Assembly (NCBI GenBank): GCA_028279685.1
Contig: JANQNG010000051.1
Span: forward strand, 9 to 64,008
Length of the DNA: 64,000 nt
Origin: Candidatus Nanoarchaeia archaeon
Lineage (GTDB): Archaea > Nanobdellota > Nanobdellia > Woesearchaeales > SKIA01
Direction: 5' to 3'
The translations under genes and the position numbers were made by a program. Position 1 is the first letter of the stretch. The number at the start of each line of letters is the position of its first letter. A model generated the notes under the pieces. The model was not told where the DNA came from and ran no database searches. It was given only the letters and a program-made list of their open reading frames with translations. This document shows positions 63,969-64,000 of this stretch, in pieces.

Positions 63969-64000
63969 ATAGCCAATGAGAAGGGCGGATACCGGGAGTC

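Noticed and set aside
63790-64000. 16S-rRNA-like words on the minus strand (ACTCCCGGT-ATCC at the edge, AAGCCATGCGGG ~185 nt later) and 5S-like words (CAGCGT, AGTA, CGAGCCTCT)
   Set aside because: The spacing is wrong for either rRNA. The minus strand runs into small ORFs and a T9 terminator within ~450 nt, and none of the following universally conserved 16S or 5S segments are present.
63983-64000. Possible 5' end of a class II tRNA (GGGCGGA-TA-CCGG-GAGTC) after a TTATATA box
   Set aside because: Only 18 nt fall inside the window, which is too little to call a feature. It is mentioned under findings only.
1-64000. CRISPR arrays, IS elements/transposases, integrases and prophage blocks
   Set aside because: I scanned intergenic regions and ORF products. 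I found no regularly spaced direct repeats and no DDE, serine or tyrosine recombinase motifs. The only mobile-looking gene is the NUMOD3-Vsr endonuclease.

Overview
AT-rich, gene-dense window that is almost certainly archaeal, probably from a small-genome DPANN-like lineage. Archaeal markers: an archaeal-type SRP (7S) RNA, a tRNA-Arg with two non-canonical introns, TATA-like boxes about 25 nt upstream of RNA and leaderless gene starts, diphthamide genes (Dph2, Dph6), TYW3/Taw3, a NOG1-type GTPase, ZPR1, tandem Lrp/AsnC regulators, a geranylgeranyl reductase, and GGPP-type cis-prenyltransferase. Several genes look bacterial in type: Lgt, an SLT lytic transglycosylase, LemA/TPM, a MacB-type ABC transporter and VKOR. 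Other recognisable housekeeping genes are hisS, uppS, tdk, trxA, corA, scpA and a PhoH-like ATPase. I saw no rRNA, CRISPR array or transposase. The most interesting region is 1-10.2 kb. It holds a tightly coupled minus-strand operon of at least 7 genes: a single-chain pseudo-dimeric E1 (degenerate plus intact adenylation domains), a 646-aa JAB/MPN+ metalloprotease, a 479-aa protein with an E2/UBC-like HP...C core, and an 868-aa protein with three SH3/MIB-HERC2-like modules. Small unknown proteins complete the operon, and a papain/transglutaminase-fold Cys-His-Asp protein is divergently transcribed. I read this as an expanded ubiquitin-like conjugation/deconjugation system with no obvious Ubl. 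Other notable items: a group-3b-like [NiFe]-hydrogenase operon with substituted metal and cluster ligands, and a roughly 90-nt structured intergenic element present twice. There is also a NUMOD3-Vsr endonuclease gene wedged into a lemA-TPM cluster, a split Dph2, and a GC-enriched structured non-coding region at the window end. All product calls come from motif recognition by eye; no database search was run.
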